64,000 nt of DNA. It comes from Octopus vulgaris (taxonomy: Eukaryota). The notes under the pieces are model-generated. The model saw only the letters and a list, made by a program, of their open reading frames with translations. It did no database searches and was not told the DNA's origin. The stretch is from NCBI GenBank assembly GCA_951406725.2, contig OX597825.1, forward strand, positions 7,006,001-7,070,000. Reading direction: 5' to 3'. The stretch's first letter is position 1. The number at the start of each line of letters is the position of its first letter. This document shows positions 39,962 through 54,353 of the stretch, piece after piece. The translations under genes were made by a program, and so were the position numbers.

Positions 39962-40194
39962 AAAGACACAGACAGTACTAATTAGCTCAGGACACCTATC
40001 TGTTAGTTGTTATCATTTAAGATGGAATTAATTGGTGTCAGTTTGTCTGGTTGGAGTGATGTTACTGCTATCTCTTCTGGGAAGACAAGTTTGTCCTTCA
40101 AGTTCATTTGTATTTCCCAGTCTAAGGCAAGGCACATATGCACACACAAACATTTAGACATACATCCATGCATATATACATAAATATACATGCA

Positions 40195-40210
40195 TTTTTG
40201 TATGTATGTA

Positions 40211-40267
<57 letters not shown>

Positions 40268-40270
40268 ACA

Positions 40271-40304
<34 letters not shown>

Positions 40305-40306
40305 TG

Positions 40307-40384
<78 letters not shown>
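40195..40384. repeat. Compound (TG)n/(TA)n/(GA)n microsatellite
   Basis: Direct reading. Confidence 0.95.
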
Positions 40385-40387
<3 letters not shown>

Positions 40388-41441
40388 TTTGAAAAAGTAG
40401 AGACTGATAACAAGTTCTTGGCTGAAAAATGTCTTGGGGGTCACAATGGTAATCCAAACCCAGAAAAGAAATATTCCAGCATGGCCACAAATCAACAGCA
40501 AAAATAAAAAAAACAAATAACAATAATGAAAGAATATGTAAATCATAGTGAAATGAGGAGAAAAGCAAAATGGAAGTTGTAATGGTGAAACTGTTCTCAA
40601 AGCTCGTAGTTAAGTTGTTAACAGTGAAAGTAGAATTAAAGTACCCCTGGGAACTGAAACCACTACCTGCAGAGTTGCTCTATAGCAAAATTATCACCTA
40701 CACTGTAATACTATACATGTCCACACACAAACACACAGATTCACACACAGAGATATACATACACATATACACACATACACAGAAATACATACACATATAC
40801 ACACATATACTCAGATATACACATACATACACATACATACACACATGGACACGCAATCCATAAACACACACAAATCAGTTTTGATAATGGTTTAATTTAG
40901 CGTATGTTCATTGCAAATAAATAGCATATTAATAACAAGCTAATTGATGTTGGACAATCAGTGTGAAAGAAAAACAACAACCACAACAACAACCGCAACA
41001 ATAACAAGAGCCAGCATCAACGTATAACATCAGAAGTGATTGGTTGATTCTTCCATAACTAAATACTCTGTCCACATAAGTTGATAAACACCACCAAAAA
41101 AATAACAAAACAAAAAACAAAAGAAACTTGTCATATTAATAAATGTGCAGTGTTTGTTGTTGTGTTTTTTTTGTTAGCTTTATTTAAGATCAAATGAGAT
41201 TTGAACAGAGGAATCAGTGAAAACAAGAGAGAAAAACAACCATCAAAGCCCATCAATATTTTCTATTGTATGACAACAGTGTTGTTGTTGTTCTTCTTGA
41301 TGTTGTTGTTGTTGTTGTTGTTGTCTTCCTTAATATTCTGCTAAATTTTTCTTCTTTTATTTTCTCATTTTAGTTTTCATGTTTAAAAAAAAGATTGTTT
41401 CTCAAATATTAAAATAGCTTTAAACTAACAAATAAATAATG

Positions 41442-41496
<55 letters not shown>

Positions 41497-41877
41497 TAAT
41501 AATAGTTAAAAAACATAGAAATTTAATGGTGCTCCAGCATGGCTACAACTAAAGGACTGAAACTAAAAGAAATTTAAAAGAGTAACATTGCTACAAACAC
41601 AGCAAAGAGAGAAGAATGAAGATATTCTAGTTGTGATGAGAGCAGGAAAAACAGAAAATGTTTAATACTAAATATTTGAAGACTCAGAATAATTATTAAA
41701 TAATTATTACCAGTCTCTTACTTAGAGTTTGTTTGGTTATTAGTCCGGGGTGGGGGAGGGGGTTTGCTGTTGTTTAACCCCAGGTCAGCTCTGATCCAGT
41801 TGGCTTACAATTAGAGGCATTCCAAATAGGGTTAACTTACTGTCTTTTAGAATGTGGCATATATATGACAATATAAT

Positions 41878-42110
41878 TCTTATTTCTTTATTGCCCACCA
41901 GGGGGCTAAACATAGAGGGGACAAACAAGGACAGACAAATGCTTAAGTCGATTACATCGACTCCAGTGCATAACTGGTACTTAATTTATCGACCCCGAAA
42001 GGATGAACGGCAAAGTCGACCTTGGCAGAATTTGAACTCAGAACATAACGGCAGATGAAATACCGCTAAGCATTTCATCCGACGTGCTAAAGTTTCTGCC
42101 AGCTCGCCAT
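41878..42110 (-). mobile_element. SINE family B, full length
   Basis: B consensus flanked by a GACA(A/G)TATAATTCT duplication. Confidence 0.88.
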
Positions 42111-42631
42111 AAGACAGTATAATTCTGTTGCTTAATAGAATGAGCTGGAAAAAATATTCCTATGTGCACACTTGACCTGCTAGTACAAGTAACCAAATCT
42201 CCCTCATATCACACCACACTCTTAAAGAAAAAAAAAACATGAGATAATGTGGTCCTTGGTTTCTGGCATATAAAGAAAAGATGTGATGAATGTGATTACA
42301 ACATCCTTGATCTTGGCTCAGCTCACTTAGAACTGACTTGAGATTAGACTACATTTTCCCAAGCTTACTTAAGACTTCTTCTATCTCTTCCTATCATAAT
42401 CCTTCCTGTATCCTTTCTCTTCAGATCTTATCTTAAAAACTTTTCCCACTGATGTTTCCAAACCTTTGATGTTTCCCTACCTGTTTAATGGTATCAGTGT
42501 TGAATTTTATAAATTCACACAGACCGTCAACTACGTTCATCTTACCAGTCTCAGATCACTAACAAAGGACTTCATCAGGGAGATATTTTCTATGATGCTA
42601 CATCAATTCTGCTAATTTCTTGCCATCATAC

Positions 42632-43036
42632 TCTCTTTTTACTCTTTACTCTCTTTTACTTGTTTCAGTTATTTGACTGCTGCCATGCTGGAGCACCACC
42701 TTTAGTCAAGCAAATCGACCACAGGACTTATTCTTTGTAAGCCTAGTACTTATTGTATCGGTCTCTTTTGCCGAACTGCTAAGTTATGGGGATGTAAACA
42801 CACCAGCATCGGTTGTCAAGGGATGTTGGGGGGGACAAACACAGACACACAACACACACACACACACACACATATATACATATACATATATACGACGGGC
42901 TTCCTTCAGTATCCGTCTACCAAATCCACTCACAAAGCTTTGGTCAGCCCGAGGCTATAGTAGAAGACACTTGCCCAAGGTGCCACGCAACCATGTGGTT
43001 GGTGAGCAAGCTACGTACCACACAGCCACTCCTGCA

Positions 43037-43039
<3 letters not shown>
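42632..43039 (-). mobile_element. SINE family A
   Basis: Reverse complement of the A consensus. Confidence 0.9.
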
Positions 43040-43083
<44 letters not shown>

Positions 43084-43609
43084 AAAATGGTAAGGATCTA
43101 CTTTAGGCCTAGAAAATACCTCAGCTCTCATCAGCAACCGATCATCTACTATTTCTTGCTTGACTAAGAAAATAAGAATTTTTTATTGGGGCAAAATATC
43201 ATATTCTATAGGTTTTGGTTGAACTGACAAATATGTTGACTTTTGTTTATTAAAAAGGATATATTGCAGGTTTTTACTTCAATTTAAACCCAGGGTAATT
43301 CTTTTCAATTAAGAAAATTAATGCTAACAACACAAGAAAACTAATGAATGAAAGTCATTGATTATAAATCATCCAAGCTTTAAACATATTAATTCAACCA
43401 GAAGAGGACAGAAATGTCTGAGAGCAAGGTGGGCAAGAGAATAGAGAATGGAAGAAGAGAGCCATGTCTTCATGTCAGGCTCTATTTAATATCTGCCGTT
43501 GTTCAACAATCAGATTGTCAATATGAAGAGCTTCAGCACAAACGACCAGCTCTGCTTCAGTGCACGACATTTTCACTCATTCATTTCATTCATTCTCTGT
43601 CTGTCTCTC

Positions 43610-43662
<53 letters not shown>

Positions 43663-43709
43663 GAGAGAGAGAGGGAGAGACAGAGAGAGAACAAAGTGTA
43701 CGTACGCCG

Positions 43710-43757
<48 letters not shown>

Positions 43758-45112
43758 CTGTCCAACCAAACCACTGTATGGGTAGAACATTCTGTAGTTG
43801 CTCATTAAAAACATGTTCAACACAGCTTTTAACTATATTCATATCATAAATAGAGAACAATGACTTCTCTTATCTATTTTCCCCAACTTTCCATTTCACC
43901 TTATTGTTAATGAGATAACATATTTATTCGTCTTCGAAACTGGTGACCACTTCATATTTAGACAACACACCACGCTATCATAGTAATGACATTTAAACAT
44001 CAGCTACTAATAATTACTGAATTATACTGTGAATAGCAACTGGCTGTGCTTGTAGTTTGTTTTGGCATTTAGTATAATCAGCAAACACCATGGATGGAAG
44101 TACAGAATGTGTATGTTGATCTTTGAGATTCTCTGTCAATGTTTGAGTTTTGATAATGGTTACAATGAAGAGACGTAGAGCCAGACAAGTTACAGTTATT
44201 CTTTGGTAACAATGAGCATCCAGATTTAAGTATACATAATTATATGAGGGATTTTCTGAATCACAGAGACAAGTAAATAAAATCGCTTATAGACACATGT
44301 CTGTATCAAGGGGGATAATTTTTACATTAATATTTAGTCTAATTTGACAATGATGATGATTAAAAATAGTTATAACATCACTATGCATGTACTTTTAAAA
44401 TTGTAATTGGTTTCTCTTCATAAAAAACCACTTAGGTATTCAGGAAAAATATGCAAAACGAAAATTAAAAAAATAAAGATAGAAATCGTAAAATACTTCT
44501 CCATCAAGCAAGTTAGTTTGCAGAACATTGTTGACAATAAAAAGCTGGTGGTAATCTGTAAAAATCAGGCCTGACAGTAACGAGGCAACAGAGGAATTAG
44601 TATTCAATCTTAATACACACCTAGAACATACATAGGGTTTGGAAGACGGAATCCATCAAACTATATTTTCAGACCTATCCATAAACAATTTGCTATGCTA
44701 AACCTCAACATCATAGTTGTCAGTTTCTTCCATATTAACAGACTTTGCTTTGATTAATGAACCATAAATCGGCTTCCATACATCATCTCTCCCCCAGCTA
44801 CATGCATTTCAAAACCCAACCCATCCCCACTGATACAATGCACATTAAGCAACATCTTCAATCATTCCTTTTATTTCATTGTGTTTTGTCTCTTTTCTTT
44901 TTATTTTTTTGTAAATTCTGTGTAATTTTCCATAACAACAACAACAACAATAATAATTTGCTATTGACCAAGAACCAGATTCATCACCAAATAAACGAAA
45001 AAAATGTTGGTAAAACAAACACAGTTGTAGCTATGAGTTCCTTTGAAGAAATTATGCAAATATTTATACATATATGTATATATGCAAATATATATATACA
45101 TGTGTGTGTGTG

Positions 45113-45177
<65 letters not shown>

Positions 45178-45204
45178 TTATGAATGGGCATATATATATA
45201 TAAG

Positions 45205-45274
45205 TTAAAGTAGTGAGAAAAGGTAAACAGTTCGGCAAGAATTTCTTAATTGTTTGCCTTTCCTCGCAACTTTA
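45205..45274. repeat. ~27 bp imperfect inverted repeat (fold-back)
   Basis: TAAAGTAGTGAGAAAAGGTAAACAGTT pairs with AATTGTTTGCCTTTCCTCGCAACTTTA. Confidence 0.7.
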
Positions 45275-45448
45275 ATCTATACCTATTGACTCAAAAGGAA
45301 GCCACTTCTAGCCTTCTTGAACAAGGCAATCACATAACCACAACTTCAACTACTGTTTGAACTGGAATTTTCGTGGCACACCTATTTGAGTATTCAGAAT
45401 GTATATCTGTTTGTTTTAGACATCCTGACAAAATCTCCTCATGTCCTT

Positions 45449-45492
<44 letters not shown>

Positions 45493-46324
45493 ATTGGTGA
45501 TGTAAACAGGAAAAATAGAAATCAAAATATAATATGTATATATGTACTGTTTTGTATGAATATTTAGTAGAAGTAACAGAGTGACTTAAGGGGTGAGAGC
45601 TTCGTGCATTAACACTTATCAAACTAGTTAAAAATCGTGGGGTTGTGAATTTGCATACCAGTGATTATAGTAATTTCCTGGATAGTTCTGGAACAAACTC
45701 ATCATCATCATCACCATTGTTTAACGTCCGCTTTCCATGCTACCATGGGTTGGACGATTTGACTGAGGACTGGCAAACCATATAAATATATTATATATAT
45801 ATATAAATATATACATTATATACATGCAAACATATATATATACACACACATCTTTCTCTCTCTCTCTCTCTATGCATATTGATATCTCTCTATTTTACTT
45901 GATTTGCTAAATGCTTAATACATAAGGAATTCGATTTATGCAGCAAAGAATCTTCTGAATTCTGCCAACTGGATGCTGCTTTAAGAAAGCAAATACAGCC
46001 ATTTACCGATATGTTTGAAGAGGGAATCTTTCTATCAAATGATTTGAATTTTGACTTTGCTTTTATAAGTCTAAGGTGATAATCAAGTCTTCACTTTCCA
46101 TTCCAATTATGTGTTAGGCATGGCCAAATTTGGCTTATTTCTGCTAGAAGCAAGAGTATATATATATATATATATTTTTTTTTTTATTTATTTTCTTTCA
46201 GTTTTCCCATCAGAATTGCTTCTTAAGATGGTCTCACTGAAAATTTAAACATTTGCATGAATTCTGTTCCAGCTCATATTTCATTTAAAGAACCTTCTAC
46301 AACAAATATGAAAATGAAATTTAA

Positions 46325-46685
46325 TCATTTAACATCCATTCTCCATGTTGGCCTTTTTTTGGCTGGATGGTGAGTTAGAGAGTTACATTGTGCTCCATCC
46401 AATGTCTGTTTTGGCATGACTTCTGTGGCTGAATGCCCTTCCTAATTCCAACCACTTTACAAAGTGAACTGGCTGCTTTTAATTTTTGTGGCATTGAAAA
46501 CTTGTGATGTTGCTGTTATAATTTGAAAGACTAAAGGTGTTAGGAAGGGCTGCATCCAGCTGCGAAAACCTCACCAAAACAGACACAGAAGCCTGGCATA
46601 GTCTTCTGCCTAGCCAGCCCCTGTCAAACCATCCAACCCATGCTAGGATGGAAAACAGACGCTAAACAATGATGATGATGATGGT
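46325..46685. mobile_element. Two oppositely oriented family C fragments
   Basis: Minus copy 46325-46500 and plus copy 46535-46685. Confidence 0.75.
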
Positions 46686-48594
46686 GAAAGATCCCCCTCA
46701 ACTGAGTGAGAGTACAGCAGAGAGGGAGGTGAGTTTATGCTGAGTGATGAAATATTAAAGTATGCAGGAAGGAACAAGTTTCTGGCTGGCGTCTTAAAAC
46801 TGCTTTGTTTCATTGCTACACAATACAAATGTACACGAGAACATATGGTTGGATATTGTAGCTAAAGCAATGTAATACCATGATTGTAAATAATTCATTT
46901 GTAGTGTAACTGCACTGATAGAAAGAGGGCAACAGTCGTATTTACACTGGTATACCATCTTTAACTATCCATAAACACATCGCTTGTAAACCAGCTGATA
47001 TAAGAGGTCAGAGTAAACAGAAGAGACCAATTTCCATATTTAACACTTGGCAATGAGATCAAACATTAAATTATTGATGTGTTAAGGGTTTTATTTCTTT
47101 ACTAGAATTTATTCAATTGCAAATTGTGCCACATGAAAAAAATATATAAAATAAATTGATTCCTTTAAAGAATCAAACAGTTTTATATATTTTGGTCATT
47201 TCAACATGGCTTAGTCAATACTATGTATGACATGGCCAACATGGCATCGTAAAAGATATATAATTCTTTATAGCCTAATTCAGTTATGAGAGATAATCCT
47301 CACTCCCTTTAGCCATTGGAATTCAGTATGATTAATGACAATTTCATTATGTTACATTGTTAAACTCAAATTCTATTTCCCCACCACATCCCATGATTCA
47401 ACTAAATAAAGATTTCCATGGTCTTAATGGCTTATGAGATATCTAAACTATTGAACATAGCTGGAGAGAATAAAGAAAAATTGAGAATTATGGAGCGAGT
47501 TTTAGAATTCAAATATATCCTCAATTTAAAAATGGTAAGGAATTCCACCAAAATGCCATGTAAATTGGAAAGTTATCAAAATGAAAGAAAAATATAAAAG
47601 AGAGATTTCTACATGAAAATAAAAAGGTCAAATATAACAACAGTTTTGAAGTGATTCAAAGACACACCTTAATTGTCTTAATTAAAGCCCTAATTGCTCT
47701 CACTTTAATGTGTGATGTCAAGTGGTAATTTATCTGATTGCCAGTTCACAGGTTGTGATTTCAAATACACAGCTAGCATTTTCTCATGGAACATGTTAGT
47801 CTCCACTAGTAATTTAACTGTTGAGAATAAGTCCTGCAACAGGCTGAAATTGTTCAATATCAAATCAAATTCCATCAGATGTCTTCATCTGTCTTGTTAT
47901 AGAATCTAGACATTGGCTCAGATTACAAGCCAGGCAGCATGTTAGTAGGAATCTGCAACAAACAATTCTACATAAGAAAGTCTTACAACATAAATATCTT
48001 ACTTTGTTACTAAAAAAAAAACAACCCCAGTTTTCCCCCCTATGATTTCAACATGGTTTATGTTTGATGTATACAACATATTTGATGCTACAATAATTTA
48101 TATGGTAGTAATGAAGATTAATATTGCAACTCAGAGTCAAATACACGCATGTCAGGAATGGTAAACAGTTCTGTTGCCGCCATGTAATCTCAAAATCTGT
48201 TGCCACTGCTGCTATTTAGAGCGCATTTATCTGCAGCATATAAATCAATTTTAATTTAAGAGCAGTTATGCAATAAGTAGATTGAAAATTATTGGCAAAA
48301 GCTGTGCTAGATGAGATAGCACAAAAATTCCAGTATTCTCCTAACTGTTTGCATTAACAAAACATGCACACTTCTTCAAAGAACACTCTACCAAAATATG
48401 CATATCTCGGCATCTTTTACATTCATACAAACCACTTGAGACTCTGTAGAGGTTGGCAAATGAAGTAACGGTGCACAAGAGGTAATCCATTGCTGGATTG
48501 GTGAATGTTTTACAGTGGCATTCATTGGTGTAATGTTCTGAATTTAAAACTTCCTGATACTAAATGAAATAATATAATAAGAAAACAGAACCAG

Positions 48595-48650
<56 letters not shown>

Positions 48651-49426
48651 TGGCATGGAGTTAAGAAAATATGCAACAATCTTTTACAGTCAATGAATTT
48701 GATGAACAACAAGAAGAAATGTCTAAAAATAACTATAAAATATATTACGCAATAATATATATATTATATAAAAATACATACATATATAAATATATATCAC
48801 ACACACACAAACACACACACACACACATATATCTATGTGTGTGTGTGTGGTTTGTGTTATGCTAAGAAGTGGTGCTCAATACCAAAATTTTCAATCGTTG
48901 TTAGAGTATCACCATAAGTAGAGTCAAGACTGCTTAGTTTGTACTGGCATTAAGTTGTATTAGTTGCAATAATGAAGTCAAACCAAAATAGTGATATTTT
49001 GAAATAATTTAGTACATGTGTTTCAGGTGTGCATGATATATAATAGGAAATGCATCCATTACGTAAACCTTCATCAGTTATTAAATATAGAACTGATAGG
49101 TATGATTTGAGATAATTTGACTATTTTTTCTTGCAGATCAAATTACTGCACACAATTTTTCTCCATGGCTCAAGCTTCTGGTTCGTAATCACATCCAGCT
49201 ATTTTGCCGTGTGTCATACACAGATGTTTCCTTTGTCATCACATTTAGTCTTCACCAAATAGCCTTTCTTCTACGTTCAGTGGACAGGGGTTGAAATTTT
49301 TGTAACTTTTAGAATCAATACACAATGTCAACACTGACAAAGCTTTCTGTCATCCACAGTTTAAAGGATTATAGATGAAGTTTGCTTTTACAGAAGCAAA
49401 CAGAATAACTTCTACTTGCTCACTTT

Positions 49427-49775
49427 ATGAAGGCACATAGCTCAATGGTTAGAGCATCGGGCTCACAATCATGTGGTAGTGAGTTCAATTCCAAGACAGG
49501 GCTGTGTGTTGTGTTCTTGAGCAAGACACTTTATTTCATGTTTGCTCCAGTTCACTCAGCTGTAGAAATGGGTTGAGACATCACTGGTGCCAAGCTGTAT
49601 TGGCTCCTTAACCTTTCCCTTGGACAACATCGGTGGCGTGGAGAAGGGAGGCTGGTATGCAGGGGCAACTGATGGTCTTCCATAAACAACCTTTCCCAGA
49701 ATTATGCCTTGGAGGCGAACTTTCTAGGTGCAACCCTTTAGCCATTTATAACTGAAAGGGGTCTTTACCCTTACT
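49427..49775 (+). mobile_element. SINE family D, full length
   Basis: Matches the D consensus. Confidence 0.9.
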
Positions 49776-50222
49776 AGCTCACATGACAACTTGCTGGGGC
49801 TGCCTGCTGGAGCCTAGTGGCAGGTATTTAAAGGGAAAACGTTTGACAAGTCAGTCAGTTGCCTGCTGACACTCGTTGACGATACACTGAAGTGGCCAGG
49901 GAACAGAAAAAAGAAGAAGAAAGAAGACATGCACCCAACACCAGAGCTGAAGACACCTCCAAAAGGGGGGGGGGCTGCCACGTCAAAAGTGTAGTGGAGT
50001 AAGGGCTGAACCCAAAAGTGGTTCCTCCTGATGATGTCTTGAGCTAACTGGATCCTATAAAGGAGCTGTTGTGGTAGCAGATCACAAAACACGGTTGTAA
50101 TTCCTCCTAGAAATAGCAGTTAAATCACCTACAAATCCTTATTTTTCGTATGCTAGGAAAAATACATAAGATTAGCAGCAACACCCATTATATGCTACCA
50201 TACCAGTTAACACTGTGACACA

Positions 50223-50435
50223 TCTCTCTATATATAAACGGCAGTTTGTCTGTGTGTGTTTGGTCGAGAATCAGAAACACAAACCACAGACTGTCTAGGG
50301 GACGCAACTCGACCTTTTTAACTAAAAAAAAAAAATTTACCATCATTTTTTTTCCATTTTTTAGCTATAACTCTCTAAAAATGCTTTATAGTTATTTCCC
50401 TTACAAACCCGAGCAACACCGGGCGATACTGCTAG
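50223..50435 (+). mobile_element. Non-autonomous Helitron
   Basis: A|TCTCTCTATATATAAA 5' end, subterminal hairpin CCCG-AGCAACAC-CGGG, CTAG|T 3' end, no target duplication. Confidence 0.75.
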
Positions 50436-50829
50436 TACTACAATACAATCCCTTCATTTGACATCACACAGAGCCATCATTTCAGTTTCGTATCTGAAAC
50501 ATAACTAGAATCAAAGAAGAGCTTAGAGTTTTTAAATGCCTGGGTAATTAGTTTACATTAATGCAAGAACTGCTGCAGAAGTTAGGCCAGCAACTAACTC
50601 AGAATGAGGTAACAGGAGAAATGATATAATTATTTCTAACACTGGCATGAGGCCACAAATAATTGAGAAAAATAAACCAATTAAATTGATTCTGGTACTA
50701 TGCTAGTACGTTATTTGCTTGACTTTGGAAAGGTGTAACTTAATTCAGAGATGTAACTAAACACAGCAAGGAATTTTATCTTCTGATCTTCTAATTCTTG
50801 CATATCTTGAAGATGATGATGATGATGAC

Positions 50830-50871
<42 letters not shown>

Positions 50872-51074
50872 AGGCAGAAGGCCATATTTTCTGTGCAGTT
50901 GAGTAAATTGGATCCTGTTGTTGTGCGGTTATTTGATCAACCCCATTGGGATTGAAACTGAATTCTTCCTCAATGGAATTTGAATGCAAAAGCACATACA
51001 AAATACCGAAATGCATTTTGTTTGGTACTTTCTCACTTTTGCTTAATTCCTCAAATAATAATAATAACAATAAT

Positions 51075-51292
51075 CCTTTCTCCTGTAGGCACAAGGTCTA
51101 AACTTTTTTTGGCGGGAGGGGCACTAGTTGATTACATTGACCCCCAGCATTGCACTGGTAGTTATTTTATCAAGCCTGAAAGGATGAAAGGTAAAAGTCG
51201 ACCTTGGTGAAATTTGAACTCAAGATCTGAAGATGGATGAAATGCCAGTAAATAGTTTATCTGTCATGTTAATGATTCTGCCAGCCTGCCAT
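51075..51292 (-). mobile_element. SINE family B
   Basis: Reverse complement of the B consensus. Confidence 0.8.
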
Positions 51293-51573
51293 GTTAATAA
51301 TAGCAATAATAATAATAATAATAACAATAACAATGATAATAATAATAATATCAATGATGACTGACGACGATGATGATGATAATTGTCAGTGTGAATGTCT
51401 TTTTCTTTCCTTTTCCCCCCACTTTATTTTATTTGCTTACTTTTTTACTTTTATATTTTCTCTCTGTCTTCCCCTTTTTCTTTATCGCATGACTTTGTAA
51501 ATGAACAATCTGGTGTGTTTATTTTGATGACCTACCAATGTATACAGTGCGTTTCTCTGCCCTAGGTGCCAAG

Positions 51574-51678
51574 AAGACACCTGATGAAGGCTGGAGGAAC
51601 AACAAACCAGATGAGGACAAATATCCGTCAAATGTAAATAATGTACATAATCTCTCATCTTTTAACTCTAGAACTGTA
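51574..51678 (+). mobile_element. Family F 3' fragment with hammerhead half deleted
   Basis: GACACCTGATGAAGGCTGGAG then AACAACAAACCAGATGAGGACAAATATCCGTCAAATGTAAATAATGTACATAAT. Confidence 0.7.
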
Positions 51679-52093
51679 GCAGAATTCACCGTTTACACAA
51701 CAACAGCTGTTTGACATAACTCCTCAATAAGTCAATAATGCAAGGACCACAGCATGTGTCTATGTCATACGGCTGCATTGCTCTATATGCATCTCACCCA
51801 ATCTCACCAAGAGGCACTTCTGTGCCTACAGAATTTATTTCAAACAAGCAGTGCCCCTCAGTAGCACTCTTTGGCCAAGGGATTTCTGGAAGTTATCCAT
51901 AGCAGACCCCAGCCCCAAACTTCTCTGAAACTGGTCGACTAGTTCATCCTCATCAACACCTAGAACTTCTCCATGGATGTCATCACTTACCCACAAATAC
52001 TTCTCTACAAATTGCAAAAGCAGAACTTCACTGACTTCATTCACTTAACTCATAGAGATTAGTGAGCACTTGCTGACATTCCAGTATTTTCAA

Positions 52094-52359
52094 TATTATT
52101 ATCATTATCATCATTATTATTACCATTATCATAATTATTATTATTATTATTATTATCATCATCATCATCATCATCATTATCATTATTATCATTATTATTA
52201 TCATTATTGTCATTATCATCATTATTATTATTATCATTATTATCAATATCATAATTGTCATTATCATTACTTTTATCATTATTATCATCATTATCATTAT
52301 TATTATCATTATCATTATTATCATCATCCTCATTATTATTATTATCATCATTATCATTG

Positions 52360-52392
<33 letters not shown>

Positions 52393-52420
52393 GTGGTGGT
52401 AGTAGTAGTAGTAGTAGTGT
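52094..52420. repeat. (ATT/ATC)n low-complexity repeat
   Basis: Direct reading. Confidence 0.95.
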
Positions 52421-52604
52421 GGAATATGATGAGATGAAACATGTGAATGTTTCTTCTGGGATTACAAGGTACTGGAATCAAACGGCAAAGAATTCTATAG
52501 AGACATTAAAAACGAGAGAAATGTCAATGGAAATTCAAGAATATTGGGAGGGAATCGGTAACGGAAATAGAACAGAATGGATTTACTTTTTTTTATCTTT
52601 TTTT

Positions 52605-52965
52605 TTCTTTATTGCTTGTTTCAGTCTTTAGATTGTGGCCATGCTGGGGCACTGTCTTGAAGAGTTCTTAGTTGAACGAATTGACCTCAGTACTTTTCTT
52701 TTTACCTTGGTACTTATTCTATCAGTCTCTTTTGCTGAACTGCTAAATTACAGGGACTTGAACAAAACAAGTGATGATGGGGGACAAAACAGACACAAAG
52801 ACACACTCCCCTACATACACATGCACAATGGGCTTTTTTCAGATCCTGCCAACCAAATTCACCCACAGGGCTTTCGTTGGCCCAGGGCCATGGTAAAAAT
52901 CACTTTCTTCTCAAGGTGCTACACAGTGGGAATGAACCCAGAACCATGTGGTTAGAAAGCAAGGT
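52605..52965 (-). mobile_element. SINE family A, old diverged copy
   Basis: Recognisable reverse complement of A. Confidence 0.75.
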
Positions 52966-53050
52966 CACTGCCTGGATATTAGAGGGGTGTGAGTTCAATC
53001 CTCATGGCTAGTTGTCGACAAATTTTTCTGCTCTTAAAGGATTTTATCCT

Positions 53051-53108
<58 letters not shown>

Positions 53109-53690
53109 TGTTCAATATTTACGCATTGAAAATGTATCTTTCTACTCGTTCTGTACTAAAAATTGTTTGTAAATTCAATCAACTAAAAACACCGTAATAA
53201 GATTAGGATTTGACAAAAGTGTCAAACACGTAAAAGAAGCAAATTCAGTAATACTAAGAATATTAAGTTAGGCCCAGACACTAATATCTTTAATCTACAA
53301 TACTACAACATATTGGTTATTTAGCTGAAGATTGATAGCTTAATGGGAAAAGAGCAGAAACAATGCTGGAAAGAGATGCAAGGCTGTATGGAGCAGCAAT
53401 TACTGGTGAGGTGAGATATTAAAGAAGACAGCAAAAAGAGGAAAAAAACCCAATGATAGTGTGCGAAGATTTATTAGCGGAAAGCACAATTGCAGATTCT
53501 GGAGATACTGATATAGACAAAACAGCTGTAAAACCAACAAAATGCAACTGCCATGTCATGTCAAAATAGAAAACAATCATCTCCAAACGAAGCAGAGAGA
53601 AAATAATTAAAGCCAGCTCTGTCGCTGTAAGGAGGGAAATTTCATTTTCCAATAAGGTTCATCATGTGCCCAGTTGCTTATATTCTGACT

Positions 53691-54030
53691 GTGAAGGCAC
53701 ATGACTCAGTGGTTAGAGCCTTGAGCTTACGATCGTGAGGTTGTCAGTTTGATGCTTGGACTGGGCTGCTTGTGGTGTTCTTGAGCAAGACACTTTATTT
53801 CACGTTGCTCCAGTTAACTCAGCTGTAGAAATGAGTTGCGATGTCACTGGTGCCAAGCTGTATCGGTCTCCCTTTGCCTTTCCCTTGGACAACACTGGTG
53901 GCATGGAGAGGGGCGACTGGTATGCATGGGTAACTGCTAGTCTTCCACAAACAACCTTGCCCAGACTTGTGTCTCGGAGGGTAATTTTGTAGGTGCAATC
54001 CCATGGTCAGTCATGATCGAAGGGGGTCAC
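53691..54030 (+). mobile_element. SINE family D, full length
   Basis: Matches the D consensus. Confidence 0.9.
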
Positions 54031-54353
54031 TTCCTCATATTTTGACTACTTTAACAAGTTTTGGAATGAAGCCACAGATGATTATAGATTTTGATGACAA
54101 ACAATAAACCACATTATCTCTGTGGATGGTTTAGTGATATTTACAGGGATTAATACTCAGTTGGAGAACAAACTGACAATGAGTATCAGACAAATGTACA
54201 AAAGATACAAAAAGAAGCAAATTAACTAAAACTGAGACTATCAAATTCGAAAGAGAATGAAAAATCAGAGAATTAGACCAGAATCATCCATGCAGCTTCT
54301 AGGAATAGATAGAACTCATGAAATATGAACAGAGAAATAAGATAATTTTAAAA

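Noticed and set aside
49790-50050. Possible solo LTR next to a G-run
   Set aside because: No TG..CA termini or target duplication could be defined.
51700-52060. 69 aa minus-strand ORF or possible Penelope RT relic on the plus strand
   Set aside because: No convincing motif; stops in the plausible frame; cannot be assigned.
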